Assembly (NCBI RefSeq): GCF_006345805.1
Contig: NC_043024.1
Coordinates: forward strand, 1,550,001 to 1,614,000
Reading direction: 5' to 3'
Length of the DNA stretch: 64,000 nucleotides
DNA from: Octopus sinensis
Lineage: Eukaryota
Below, piece after piece: positions 25,270 to 38,454 of this stretch. The notes under the pieces are model-generated. The model did not search any database. It was not told the DNA's origin and was given only the letters and a program-made list of their open reading frames with translations. The translations under genes were made by a program, and so were the position numbers. The first letter of the stretch is position 1; each line of letters opens with the position of its first letter.

Positions 25270-25273
<4 letters not shown>
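24981..25273. mobile_element. Palindromic (fold-back) element, probably Penelope-like terminus, inserted in a TA microsatellite
   Basis: Arms TAAGTAAGGGCAAAAGAAAAAATTT...GCCAAAATAT / ATATTTTGGC...TTTTGCCCTTACTTA and CACGTTTCGAAGAAAGCCGACAGAAATTTC / GAAATTTCTGTCGGCTTTCTTTGAAACGTG. Contains hammerhead cores. Confidence 0.55.
25107..25160 (+). ncRNA. Hammerhead ribozyme motif inside a palindromic element
   Basis: CATCA-CTGATGA-AGGG aa GGTTC ttat GAACT aa CTCT-GAAAT cgg GTC^CGATG. Core intact; stem I has one mismatch. Confidence 0.6.
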
Positions 25274-25304
<31 letters not shown>

Positions 25305-28300
25305 TATATATATATAGTTTGTGCATATACTTAGTTTGCAATTGAATAGGATTGTATGTGTGTGCTGAGTACATGCATTCAATTTTAACTTTTTTTTCTA
25401 TTACACTGTTTTCCTAAGGAAATTATTGACATGAAAATGTATCCATTAATTTACTGAAAATGTTAAACTTATACTCTTGAATCACATCAGCAGTTGTCTC
25501 CCTTCTTCACTGTTCTATAATAGTCATCGATACCTTATCGATCTTTTGTTGTACACACCCGCACACTGAGAGCGTTCTATTTCCAGCTATATATGGTTGA
25601 TGTGTAGTGATAGCTTTTTGCATGTCAATCGACTTACTTTGTTTTTATTATCTTCTTCGCTTTATTCCAATGTTTACATTTATTATTTTTTCCCCATCTC
25701 TTTTGCTACTTTGTTGTTGTTGTTGGCTTTTCCTTTTGTACACATCTCTCATATATTTATACATTGCATGTTGGTGTTAGTGTTAAGGTTTTTCAGTATT
25801 AGTTTTAAAACTGATGTAATTATCGCATTTGTGTGTGTGTATGTAGAGAGAGAGAGATGTATATATATGTGTATGAGTACTTGTCTATGTATACTTGTGT
25901 ATGAAAGTATGTATATAAGTATATATATTTATTGAGAGAGGGGGGGCAGTTAAGTACAAGTAGGTTTATTGAGTATATGTATACATACATGGAATACAAA
26001 TATACAAAAGGAATGGTGTAATAGTCTTATCTTGACAGCTGTTTCAGGTGAACCATGACTTATGTAATATACACCCATGATATTGTAGGTGTAGGAAATA
26101 ACAGGAGTACTTTATTGTAGTCCTACCAAGGTCAGGTGCACAAAATCCTCATGTTATGGTGGAACTCCTGAAACTCTAGAGACCTGTTCAACCCATGACA
26201 GCAAGGAAAAAGTAGATACTGACACAGGTATATGCCCTTCCTCTCATACCAGCCAATCTTAGGAAAGTATTAGAATGTACTCAAATGCTTTTTGCTGTAC
26301 TGGCACAAAGGAAGCTAGCTTCTTTGCAGAACTAGTGTATCTCTCTGGTCTACCCTTTCTCCTTTATTTCAAGGCTAATGTGACAGAAAGGGTGAAATGA
26401 GGGAGAGGGTTCTGCACAATAAGCCCTTTCTATTAAAATCATTTCCACTTCCACTTCAGGACCTTGGCTCCCTCGAAACACAGAAACTTTGGCTTTTATT
26501 AAAAGCAGTATGGACAAATAACTTTACTTTATTGATGTGCGTGCAAATTTGTATGTGCATCTGTATATCTAAATGTGTATGTATATATGTGACTGTACGT
26601 ATATCCTTGTGTGTGTGTGTATATATGTATATATATATGTGTGTGTATGTTTGTCTGTGTGTATATATGTTTGTGTGTGTGTGTGTATGTATATATATGC
26701 ATAAGCATGTATTTGCATATATAGTACATAAGGTTTGTGTTATGTCTGTATTATGTGTGTATTTGGAAATGTTTTGTTTTCTGTTTGAGCCGCTTGTCAA
26801 AACATGAAAGCATGCAGAGTTTGTTTTGTGATTTGTGAGTGAAGGTAACTGTTTTGAGAAGTGTGTTTCAGTTATTAATTGTTGAATTTATTCAAATTAA
26901 TATTTTTTAATTATTCACATCTAAGAATTTTAGAAAGCTTTTGGTATTGTTGCTCTCAAAGCATTCAGTATTTCTGCAATTGTGAGTGTTCAACTTCTTG
27001 CCATACCAGTTGTGTGATTGTTGTGTTGTGGTCAGCATTCTGTTACAATTAATCTGATAGGCATTACTGTCATCTCACGGTCAGGTTAGTGTCCAGAAGG
27101 AATAGCTAATCTACTCCAATCATTTTTTAAGCAACTATTATATCCCCACTTATCCTTCTGTGGTAGTTTTAGAATATCTGTGATTCAGAAGGAACTCGTT
27201 ACAGTAAGGAAGCTATTTGAATCCATGGTCAGGTCTGACTTGGATTCATTGTAGCCCACAGGTACAATGACCATTTCTAACCAGGGGAGCTAGAATGCAG
27301 TAGTTGGACACAGCGAAGGTGCGTGACTTAGTCGGGGTATTCATCTCACGATCAGAAGGCCATGAGTCCCCCCCCCCCCAGTAACACTTTGTGTCCTTGA
27401 GCAAGACACTTTATTTCACATTGCTCCAGTCCACTCAGCTGGCAAAAATGAGCCATGTACATGGCTCAGTAGTTAGAGTACTGGGCTCACAATTATCAGG
27501 TAGTGAGTTCAATTCCCAAGCTGGGCTAGTGCCAAGCTGTATCGGCCCCTTTGCCTTTCCCTTGGATAACATCATGGTGAGAGGAGGCTGGTATGCGTAG
27601 GCAACAGCTAGTCTTCCAGAAACAACCTTGCCTAGACTTGTGCCTTGGAGGGGAACTTTCCAGGTTCAATCCCATGGTCAAGCATGACTGAAGAGGGTCT
27701 TTACCCTTTATATACACAGAATGAGCTTCCACACAGTTTCTGTCTACAAATTTATTCTCAAGGTATTAGTCAGCCTGGGGTTATAGTAGAAGACACTTGC
27801 CCAAGGTGCCACGCAGTGGGACTGAACCTGAAACCATATGGTTGCAGAGTGATCCTCTTAACTACTTTGGCATGTCTGCACCTACGGAAGTTTTGATCTT
27901 CAAAGTTTTACATTTGTGTCTTCTTGGATAAGAAACCCATTACATGTTCTAGTGTTTTCTGTATGGTTTAGCTGTAGAGAAGTACTGACATTCAATGGTA
28001 TAAGAATTATTTGTTCCAGCATGATATGGAAACCGGTTTAGTAGGGTGGGTGATTCTATGTGGGTTGCAGACGTGTGCGATTTCAAAGAATTCAATCTCT
28101 GTTTTAGCAGCATTACAATTGCTCCTCGTCTGTAGGCTCAAGTTGGTTCTGGTCTAATAAATCTTTAGCCTAAGATGTTCCAGCCACAACTTTGTATTCC
28201 TTTTATTCAGATATAGGGAATTACTCGTTAGTAGCTATTCGTTAACCCTCAGGCTGGCTCTGATCCGACAGGAATATGGTCAGAGATGCTCTTGTTATAA

Positions 28301-29993
28301 TAATTCCTTTTTGTATTCAGATAGAATGAATTTAGGGCCTCACTGTAGGGTGCAATTTGAGGAAAATTGAGGTGCTGTTTATGATAGGCTATGTGACTGT
28401 AAAGAGGTTTCCCCTGTTAGATTGAATAACCATAGCTTGAAAAACTCTAATAGATTGTTGTGTTAGATTGGAAATTGAGGACCGAATTCCTTTTAATTCC
28501 ATCTATGATCCCAGGTGTGTTCCTGTTTATATTAATCCCAGGTGTTTCCCTGTTTAACTGCTGAGAGAATTGCCTAATACAACCATTAAAAACCATTTTC
28601 TTCTGATATATTTAAAAACTGCTTTGAACATTATTTTAATGTATTTCTTCCTCTATTCCATTGTTATCAGCTTTTGGAACTTATTTCTGTTTTATGTATA
28701 TAATTCTTCAACTGTGCATGCCTTTTTTTCTCCAATCTGTATATTTTTGGTGTTTTCTTTCTTTCCTACTAAAGCTTAAATATTTGTTGTATTTTTATTT
28801 AATATATTATGGTGCTCTCTAGACTCACTATTCACAGAGTTTATTTAGCTATTACACCAACTACCAAGTAGCCTTAGGTCTGTTGATGTACCTTGCAAGT
28901 GTATTTTAAATAAATTATTATACTTAGTGTACAGCAGCTTTAATCCTTTAGTATTAAAACCGGCCGTTTTATGTTCAAACTGGCTAGATCCGGCCTCTCA
29001 CACCTACCCTTCAGTGTCATTCCAAAAATATGCAATCACATCATAGAAATCTCAAAGCTACGAGAGAATGCAGTGTGAATAAATAAGCGGAACATCTGAT
29101 GGAGTAACGTGAATGCTGAAGGGTTAAAAATGTTAGTGAACCTGGCCTGTAGCATATTCAGATGTGTTATAAGAGGTGACAGTTTGCATCTGACTGGTTT
29201 GTCACTGCAACAGAACCAAATACACTGAAGTATTGTTCCAGTTAAGATCATGGTCGCATGAAGCTCTCTCTCCTGGTCTGTTCACGGGACCTGTTTATTA
29301 TTGCTGTAGGATGATAATAGGCCAAAGGCTTTAGCATCAAGGGACTTACGTATAGAAACGAGGAAAAACTGTGCAAATGTTTACATATGGTCTGCACTAT
29401 TCTGTGGTGCAGGAATGTGAACATTGATGAAAACTTGAAGCTTTTGAAATTTGGACATAAAAGAATGTTATGAATATTCTTTCAGGGTTGATAAAATAGG
29501 GACCAGCTGGACAATGGGTTGGTTTATGTAATTGACTTAACTACTCCTGGGTATGAGTGTTAAATTTGCACCTCTCTGCCAAGCCGTGTTGAGCCATTGT
29601 GGCAGAATAGGCTCATCAAACCGTTAGGATCTCCAGCTCAAATTAACAGTCTCCAGATTGGACCATGGTTAAGTGTGGAGACTCTGACGGGTGAAAAAAA
29701 AAGGATTGTGTATCATATATGATGCATGGATGTCAAGGAAATATGTCCCGTGTACCACATGTGATATACAGGAGAGCAAATAGTTGATATTAGAATATAA
29801 TTACTTAACACTGTAGGCAGGGAGGATAAATGCCTGCCACCCTTAATCCGAATATTTGGAAAGGATTGACTTAAACTGTCATAGATCAGAACAGTTAGGC
29901 TGGCAAGTTCAATGAAACCTGTTTTGCTGAGGAGATTTAATAAGGCCAAAGCATAACTGAAATTGTCTCCCCTATTTGCTTAAATTATTAAAG

Positions 29994-30075
29994 TATAGAT
30001 GTTGTCGATCTGGTTTGAATTCTTTGCAATCAAATTTGATGACAAAGAATCCAAACTAGATCGCAAACATCTATA
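29994..30075. other. 82-nt imperfect hairpin
   Basis: TATAGATGTTGTCGATCTGGTTTGAATTCTTTGCAATCAA / TTGATGACAAAGAATCCAAACTAGATCGCAAACATCTATA pair along about 40 positions with few mismatches. Confidence 0.85.
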
Positions 30076-30423
30076 ATATTAGTCCCTGAGCTCATGTCTT
30101 TTGTATCATTAATTAATAACTTGTAATTAGTTTTTTTAATGCTTGCCGCATTAAATATGTCTAGCTCTAACTTAACATAGCTTTCACTCCAGACTCTGTT
30201 AGACTGTAACTTTATAGGAGCTTATCTCTCCTGCAACATCTAGAGAGTACCTTTACTGTTGTGGCTATTTTATTATAATTATTATTATTATTATTATTAT
30301 TATTTTTGTTAGAATGAAATTTCTGTTGATTTGTTTTTATTTTGGTTTAAATTGCTGTTAGTTGTTGTTGTTGTGCTGTAGTTGTTCTGCTATGCTATGT
30401 TTTCTTTTGTTTCTTGCTTTCAG

Positions 30424-33400
30424 TTGATAAAAATAGCATTCACTCGTCGCATGGCTTTCAGAAAGTAGCTAACTCTTCTCAGTCGTGTTTAACACACACC
30501 CCAACATTAAGACAACGACTGTTGGAACCACCTCTTCTCCATCTTCAACCGGATTCTTGCCCACCTTTCCCTGTAGGTAGCAGCAGTTCACACTCAAGTC
30601 AGCTTCCCGGAAGTCAGCATCCATCAGGCTCGAGTCCAGCGACACCACACACGCCGAAAAGTCATCACAACCAGTCAAACCAACAGAAACATTGCGCCAA
30701 AATCCTGCAGTCTCCCGGAACGCCTTCGAGAAACTTAGCCAATCCTTTACCACCAACGCCCTCGACACCCATCAGCCGTACCCTTGTGGTATCCGCTGTG
30801 TCTACAACACCCAACGTACAATGTAAAACTGTTTCTGTCCTCCAGCAACAGCTCCGGTCCCCTATTGCTCAACAGTCTTTAAAACTACAAGATTCTCCTC
30901 TTAATACACAGACAGCCCTCAATCAGAACCCTTCGTATCCTTGCATTCAACATGCTTTGCATATGGAATCTGACCAGACTCAGGCCCCTGCCTCCAACCC
31001 TTCAAGGCAGCAAATTAAACCAAACCTGCAGGGTAAAGGCAGTCCATTCCAAGACGGTGTTGGAACCGCAGGAAATCGCCTGCCCTCAGAAACAAACTTA
31101 ATTAAAACATTACTTGCCAAGAAGCTCAACCAAAACCGAGGAACTCAAAGTCCATCACACCAGTGTCAAGAAACCCCTTTGACCATCTCCTCAATCTCTA
31201 ACGCCCCTCCTTCACCCGCTCGATCTGATGCTGCCATGTCTCAGGATGGATTTCCAAGCCTCGAAACCAAACCCATCAAACAGAATGTTGTCAGGGCAGT
31301 GACAGTTCCGGTGATGGAGTGGCATCCACCGTCGATCGATTCTCCAGCACCGTCTGACACAATGGAATCGCAAACCTCCATTAGTCAAGACTCGTGCTAT
31401 ACAACCGAAGACCAATCCCAGCAGAGTATGCCAGTCAGCACCCCGAAGGACCCCCACTCTCAGCAGACCACATGTGATAACAATTTACGGCAAGAAGAAA
31501 ACATGGAAACGGACAGCCAGCAGACTGAGCCGGACACTGGTCATGAAGATCTTCAGGAAGAATTAAAGGGAAATCTGGCACCTGCATCTAATGAATTACA
31601 TCTCGCACAATCTTTGGAAAGTCAGTTGGAGAAGCCGGATGCAGTTCTTCCCTCTGAGCAGCCGTTTTCCCAACAGACCAACCAGCAAGATTCTAAGAAA
31701 GTAGAAGCATCTTTGGGGTCTGCCACGACGCAATTGGCAGTCACTGTTGATGCCAGTGTCGTACAAAGTGCACAAAACTCGCAACAGACAGGCCAAGGAA
31801 ATAAGGCAGTCCTCTTGCAGGCTGCCCCGAAAGTGTTACCTGTCACCCAAGATGCTAACAATGGTGTGAAACCGGACGAGTTAGTGATCCAACTGAGTTC
31901 CCAAGCAAATCTCCAGCACCAGGACATTGTCGTTCAACCTGTCTCGGGACAGTTAAGCAACCAGGAGCCTTTAGTTGTTCAAGCTGAGCTCCAGGACCAA
32001 CAAGACGCCACACAAGCTGTTTCTTCACGGCCGGAAGAGTCGTTTGTTATCCAAGGATCTCAGATTCTCCTCCAGCAGCCGCAAGCTCAGCAACAGCAGC
32101 AGCTGGTCATTCAGATGCCGTCAACGCCGCAGGGTCAGCCTGTTCAAGCCACTCAACAGCTTGTCATACAGACCACACCGGCCACTCTGCAAACCCAACA
32201 GCTAGTCATTCAGGTGCCGCCACAGCAACAGCAACAACCACAACAACAATTTGTGATACAGGCTCAACCGAGTCAGCCACAGTCTACTTTGCAACCTCAA
32301 CATTTGCAGCAGCAAATTGTAATTCATGACTTGCCCGACAGTAATCTTTCCAACACCCAACAGGGCCTGAGTCTCGAGACAAGTCAGATATTTGAAAACA
32401 GTTTAAGCCAGGCCCCAGCACCAGTCAACAGCAACACTGCCCCCAGTTCACTGCCACTCAATGCTTTGTCACAGACCATTGACAGTAGTTTGCAGCAGAA
32501 TGAAGTGGTTATCCAGTACAGGCCAGTAACTCAAGTGTCAACAACTACTACTAGTACTACTACCAATACTACCACTGCAACTACTAATACAATTTTTTCT
32601 AAAGTGTCCCCAGTTTCACCTGGAGAGACATCTTTAGATAGCAACCTCTCTCCACAAACCCTCACAAAATGTGTTTTTCAATCTCAGGGACACTTGTTCC
32701 CTTCTAGTCAGAACATGCTGCTGGAGAATTCACAGAAAATGAAGAAAGGTAGAGTTAGTCCCGTGAAAAACTTCACTTCTCACCCTTGTCGTGCATCAAC
32801 ACCCAAGCTGGTTACATCGAAATGTAAATCTTTAGACACCGACTCTGTGTTGTCGAATGCTTCGTCACCGCAGACACCACAGAATTTTGAGTTGGAGGTA
32901 TGTGGAGAGGTAGAATGTGCTAAGGACATTGTAAAAGAAGGATCTGAGGCAAGAATTGAGCGCGTTGAGAACAAATGCCTAAAGCTGTTAGAAGGGGCTG
33001 CTGAGCCGTCCAATTTAGAGAAATCTGAGTCACTACAGAATTCGGATGTTGTGAGCCATGCTAAGGACGTTCCTGGTGCATCTTTTCAAAACATCCTGCT
33101 GACCGGCTCGGATGAGAAAAACCTTTTACATAATCACACACACAGCATTCCGACTATGGACATTGATACGGAAGAGAAGATTGCTGAATCGCCCGTAGCT
33201 TTTGTATATTCAGCGAGTAAAGAGTTGAAGAAGAATGTCGACATGTTGGGCAGCAATACTTGTCATAGTAATCCACAATCATCATCATCATCATCGCCAT
33301 CATTCTCATCCTCATCAACAACAATATCAACAACATATCATCCACACAAACCTCTATTGACAGACATTAAAGAAGAGAAGACTCAGTCCGACGCCGTTGG

Positions 33401-33638
33401 GAAGAGCGAGGTTTCAAATTCTAATACAGTTTCCACAAAACAGGAAGACGATGTCTTAACACATCCAGAAGTTCCCGTTGACGGTGAGAACTCCGGCGCC
33501 AAACTGTCGGTCAGCAGCAGCACTTGCGAGTCTCCGAAACCAAACCGAACACTGGCAGCGGGGGCTCAAGTGAACGGTGGTGTGAAGTCTAGCAGTGCTG
33601 CGGTCACGGCTCATTGCTTGTGTCCGCATAATAACAAC

Positions 33639-33670
<32 letters not shown>

Positions 33671-34573
33671 TAATAATAATATTCAGACATTAGGGGACAC
33701 CAAGATGTGTCCGAGTGGTGGAAGTAATGAACTGTTGCACAATGGTGTTACATCTGCTTCAACTGTTGATGTCAAACTGAACTTTGATATCAAGTCGGAA
33801 GAGTTGAGTGTCGGTGAAAAGATTTTGTTGAATAAACCTGTTGACAAATTTAGCAAAGTCAATGGAATTTTAAACCATTTAGGCAGCAGTGAAAGTAAAA
33901 CTTCACTCGACACCAAACTACAGCTCTCGGCAGAGAATCAAAAAGAGAGGAAGCGGAAGGCGAGTGTGTCATCATTATCGTCATCATCATCGTCAAACTC
34001 ATCATCTTCTGTTGCTAGGGTTCCGGAAAATGGTTGTGTTGTGAATGGACTACAAGAAACAATAAGCGATTGTAAATTTTTAACAGACAGTAATAATATT
34101 GAAAAGACTGCAACACATTTGGGTTCTGGCACGTGTGCCGCAAAGAAACAGCGGCCGTCAGATTGTTCTGGTAGCAATTGTTTGAAGAAAAAATCTGAAA
34201 AACAAAATTCAACTGTGTTATGTAGCCATGTAAATAGGACTTGTGAATCACGGCTGGTTCCAGCATCAGATTCTGGTGATGGAGACATCAGCTGTGACAG
34301 CTCTAGTGTTTCTTCAGTTCAGGACGCTTTTGAAAAACAGCATTCCAACTTTAATCAGGGTACACTCTTATCGGGTACGCTGTTGTATAAAGATAGTAAA
34401 GATACTGCCCTGCGTCCTGCTCAGTCCATATCTCCCAAAGGTGTTCCAGGCACAGGTGCTGATAAGTTGGTTAAGGCTCGGAAGCGAATTCGGAACAATG
34501 CTGGTAGTGCAGACTCAAGGTGTTCGTCATCGATTGGTTCAGAATTTGTTTGTGAGTGGGCCAACTGTAAACG
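30424..34573 (+). CDS. ARID2: ARID2 giant exon (Q/S/P/T-rich low-complexity region to first Cys of zinc finger 1)
   Basis: tttcag|TT...AAACG|gtaagt. 4150 nt, phase 1 to 2. Corresponds to the 1387-aa ORF at 30414-34577 and ends in EFVCEWANCKR. Confidence 0.93.
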
Positions 34574-34643
34574 GTAAGTGCCCTTTGATAGTATTGTTGC
34601 TCTTGTTGTTGTTGTTTTCATTATGACTGTAAAGGAAACCACT

Positions 34644-34674
<31 letters not shown>

Positions 34675-35872
34675 TTGCTAGGGCAGTGACCTGGCAGAAT
34701 TGTTTGCACATTGGACAAAGTGCTTTGCAGCATTTCATCCATCATAACGTTCTGAGTTCAAATTCTGCCATGGTCAGCTTTTCTTTTCATCCCTTTGGGG
34801 GACAATAAAACAAGTACCAGCTGAACACTGGATCCCCCCTCCTCCCCCTAATTTAAATCTTATTATTATTACTATTATTGCTAGGGTAGCAAGCTGGCAG
34901 AATTGTTAGAACATCGGTCAAGATGCTGGGCAGCATTTTTTCAGGCTTTATGTTCTGGGGTTCAAATGCCACTGATGTTGCCTTTGCATCCTCTTGGGGT
35001 TGATGAAAGAAATCCCAGTCAAATACTGGGGTTCATGTAATAGACTCTCTGTCAAAATTTGAAACTATTATTATTAGTAGTAGTAGGAGTGGCTGTGTGG
35101 TAAGTAGCTTGCTTACGAACCACACGGCTCCGGGTTCAGTCCCACTGTGTAGCACCTTGGGCAGGTGTCTTCTATAACCTCGGGCCAACCAAAGCTTTGT
35201 GAGTGGATTTGGTTGACGGAAACTGTATCCATTTTTCTGGGTGCTTTGCATTAAGGGGTTTGGTATTTTTAGTGTTCCTTTTCTGAGATTAACCCTTTAG
35301 CATTTAAACCTACCATATCCCACCCAAATATTCTGCCTGATTTACAGTCAAACCAGCTTGATGTGGCCCCTGAAAAAATAAGCAAGCACGTCGTTGAAAT
35401 TTTGAAGTTAAGAAATACTGCATGATTAATTTGCAAACAATGTGAATAGATTACACAGGAGTGAACGGCTGTGAGCTGGTAGAATGGTTAGCATGCCAGG
35501 CAAAATGCTAAGTGGTATTTCGTCAGCCTTTACGTTCTGGGTTCAAATTCCACCAAGGTCAACTTTGTCCTTTCATCCTTTTGGGGTCAATAAAATAAGT
35601 ATCAGCTGCGTACTGGGGTTGATGTAATCGACTTACCTCTTTCCTCAATGTTGCTGGCCATGTGCCAAAATTTGAAACCATGGAATTACATTGGAGAGAG
35701 TAATCCGAATGCTAAATGGTTAAAACTGTCTCAAAGTTGGTTTCCTTTCATTCATCCAATCATTGCTGAAAGACCCAAATACACCTCCTCGACTTACGAC
35801 CAAGTTCCATTCCAACTGACAACTCATAAGTCAGTCTGGTCAGTATGTTGGATTTATATTTTTCAACACAGC

Positions 35873-36034
35873 AGGAGTGGCTGTGTGGTAAGTAGCTTGC
35901 TAACCAACCACATGGTTCCGGGTTCAGTCCCACTGCGTGGCAACTTGGGCAAGTGTCTTCTACTATAGCCTCGGGCCGACCAAAGCCTTGTGAGTTGATT
36001 TGGTAGACGGAAACTGAAAGAAGCCTGTCGTGTG

Positions 36035-36087
<53 letters not shown>

Positions 36088-36300
36088 GTGTTTGTGTGTC
36101 TGCGTTTGTCCCCCTAGCATTTCTTGACAACCTATGCTGGTGTGTTTATGTCCCCGTTACCTAGTGGTTCAGCAAAAGAGACCGATAGAATAAGTACTGG
36201 ACTTACAAAAGAATAAGTCCTGGGATTGAGTTGCTCAATTAAAGGCGGTGCTCCAGCATGGCCGCAGTCAAATGACTGAAACAAGTAAAAGAGTAAAAGA
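35873..36300 (+). mobile_element. SINE family A, full-length example
   Basis: GGAGTGGCTGTGTGGTAAG...GGTTCAGTCCCACTGCG...(TA)n...GCTCCAGCATGGCCGCAGTC...ACAAGTAAAAGA. Other copies near 558-856(-), 1767-2110(+), 7170-7320(+), 9000-9360(-), 12140-12465(+), 16385-16625(-), 22767-23100(+), 27700-27885(-), 35087-35225(+), 40385-40710(-), 44536-44740(+), 57560-57900(-), 59315-59610(-), 63225-63590(-). Confidence 0.85.
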
Positions 36301-36774
36301 GAGATACTTATTTTTCATTTGAAAGCGACTGAGTGGGAGACAGTGACAGGGAGTGGATGTCCGGATCTGAGGGAGACCTGCATTACCAGATGCAGCCATA
36401 ATTATTCTCCTTGCAGCTGCCTCACGTCCAAAAATCGATTTTTAAAATTAATTTTTGTTATTTCTCTATTTTTTGTGGTTGTAAGTCTCATCAGTCGTAA
36501 GTCGAGGAGAAGGGGTACGAGTGATATACTGAAGTGACATTAATCACATTCTCTTTCATCAAAATACATTCACGCTTTGTCAAAAGGAAATATATACAAT
36601 TAGTTTGCTCGTTTAATATTTGATATTTTACCTGATTTAGTAATTTAGAAATTAAATTCATTTCCATGGTTACAGCTTCCTGTTGTTCATATTAGTTATA
36701 TTTTCCATGTTGCCTCATTTATCACTGATTCATTCAACACTGATCCAGGACAACATGGTACACTTGACTGTGAA

Positions 36775-37185
36775 CCATGTTACTTTCTCATGCTCTTGCT
36801 GATGGGCCTGGGGCATCCCAGGTTCATGGCCCCAGAGGTGTCATTGTGCGTAGAGCCAACCAAGTCCCATGTCCCCCTCCCCCACCCACTATCGCTGGCA
36901 GTCTTATGCCAGCCCCTCTGCATCCTCCAGAATAACGTTGAGCCTCTGGAGATCTTCCTTAATCGCATCCAGCTATCTGGTGTGGGGCCTGCTATGAGGT
37001 CCCTTCCATCCCACAGCTGCTGTGTCAAACAAGAGTAAGGCCCTCCTGGTGGGATAGTCTGGCAGGAGGCAGAGGATATGTTCACACCAGCACATGGGGT
37101 GCAGGGTTGTGGGCTGATGCTTGTGCACACACAGCTCTTCTGGATGGTCCTCATGCTTATCACAAATCTGTGATAACAAATGTCA
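36775..37185 (-). mobile_element. Decayed RTE-type LINE, 3' end of ORF
   Basis: Frames read ...PDYPTRRALLLFDTAAVGWKGPHSRPHTRWLDAIKEDLQRLNVILEDAEGLA, resembling the G.RPRGRP..RW.D.I..DL LINE C-terminus. Frameshifted. Confidence 0.6.
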
Positions 37186-38454
37186 GTAATCAGTCTAAGG
37201 TTGAACTTGTATCACAAAGACGCATCCAAGTGACCATCCACCAAGGCCCACTCACGCAGAATGTCCTAACTATTGGCTGGAATCTGCATGGCTGTGTTCT
37301 TTTATATTGATTTATGTATTTGAACCCATCGACATGGGGGCCAGAGAACAGAAAAAATGTGAAGACAAGTGTATTCCCTACAGGTAAAGGTAAAGAGATA
37401 ATCAAGGAAATATGTGGTGGTGGAAGTTTTGCTGCTGTGGACACAAGTTTGGTGTCAACGAATCTATCATTTACAAAATATATGGAGCGGATTGCTTTAT
37501 CACTGTGTTTTTTAGAACCAAACCCCAGTGATGAATGAAGATAGATGTAGATCCGTATTGAGCATGCACTTTAGAAACATTGCTTAACCCTTTGGCATTT
37601 AAACTGGCCAGATCTAACCTCTCACACCTACCCTACAATGTGATCTTTAAAATAAGCCATCACATCATCAGAATGTTGAAGCAATGAGACAATGCAGGAT
37701 AAATTCCAAACAATGTAAATAAATATATATTTCATTTGACAGGAATTTGAAAGCTAAAGGTTTAGACCACACCTGTTGGCTGACCATAGCTTCTGAAATA
37801 CAGTCTACAACACGGGTAGAGGCCTCAGCTCCATTAACCTTTGTATGTTTTTTTTTTCTTTCAAATCTAAGTTCATGGAATAACTGTAAAAGCTATCACA
37901 CCCTTGTATCAATTGCTGTCAGCCTTAAAGATGTGGTTGTTGTTGTTTAGCTGCAACTTGTTCCTTGATCCACCAGATTTAGGATCAGCGGCGTTGAAAC
38001 TGCCACCGGCCTGTCTTTTAATCACTGCTAATGTGTCTAGCATTAAATTAACCGATGTATACAGAAGAGAGGGATTGAAGAGGGAAGAGATTTGGCTGCT
38101 ATTTTTAGTGGGTTGAGTAATCAGGAACAGGCTTCCTCATTGGTTTAGATCAAGTGTTATACGTGAAAATTGTTACAGCTTATAGTTAACTTGGTTCTAT
38201 GCAGTAATAATATCTATTATATAATAGTAGTAATAATAGCAGCTATGGTCCATGAGAGGTTTTACAGTTGGACATGATGAGTTGAGAAACAAGAAGATTG
38301 TACAGGAAAATGGAGATGAATGCAAGGTGGAATAATGCCACACCCTGTCAGGGGTCTCTTGGATTAGCAGGGGTGGTAGGGTGTAGAGAGACAACTGATG
38401 GAGTGGATTCAGTTGTTGTGAATATTTTTTTTTCTGGAGAGAACCTGTAGAAGA

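Noticed and set aside
26397-26807. ORFs of 114-136 aa rich in C/V/Y or H/T/I
   Set aside because: Translations of (TG)n/(TA)n microsatellite. The same applies to ORFs near 16903, 22663, 24448 and 55087.
30469-34745. Antisense and alternative-frame ORFs over the giant exon
   Set aside because: Shadows of the low-complexity sense ORF, with no splice signals or recognisable domains.
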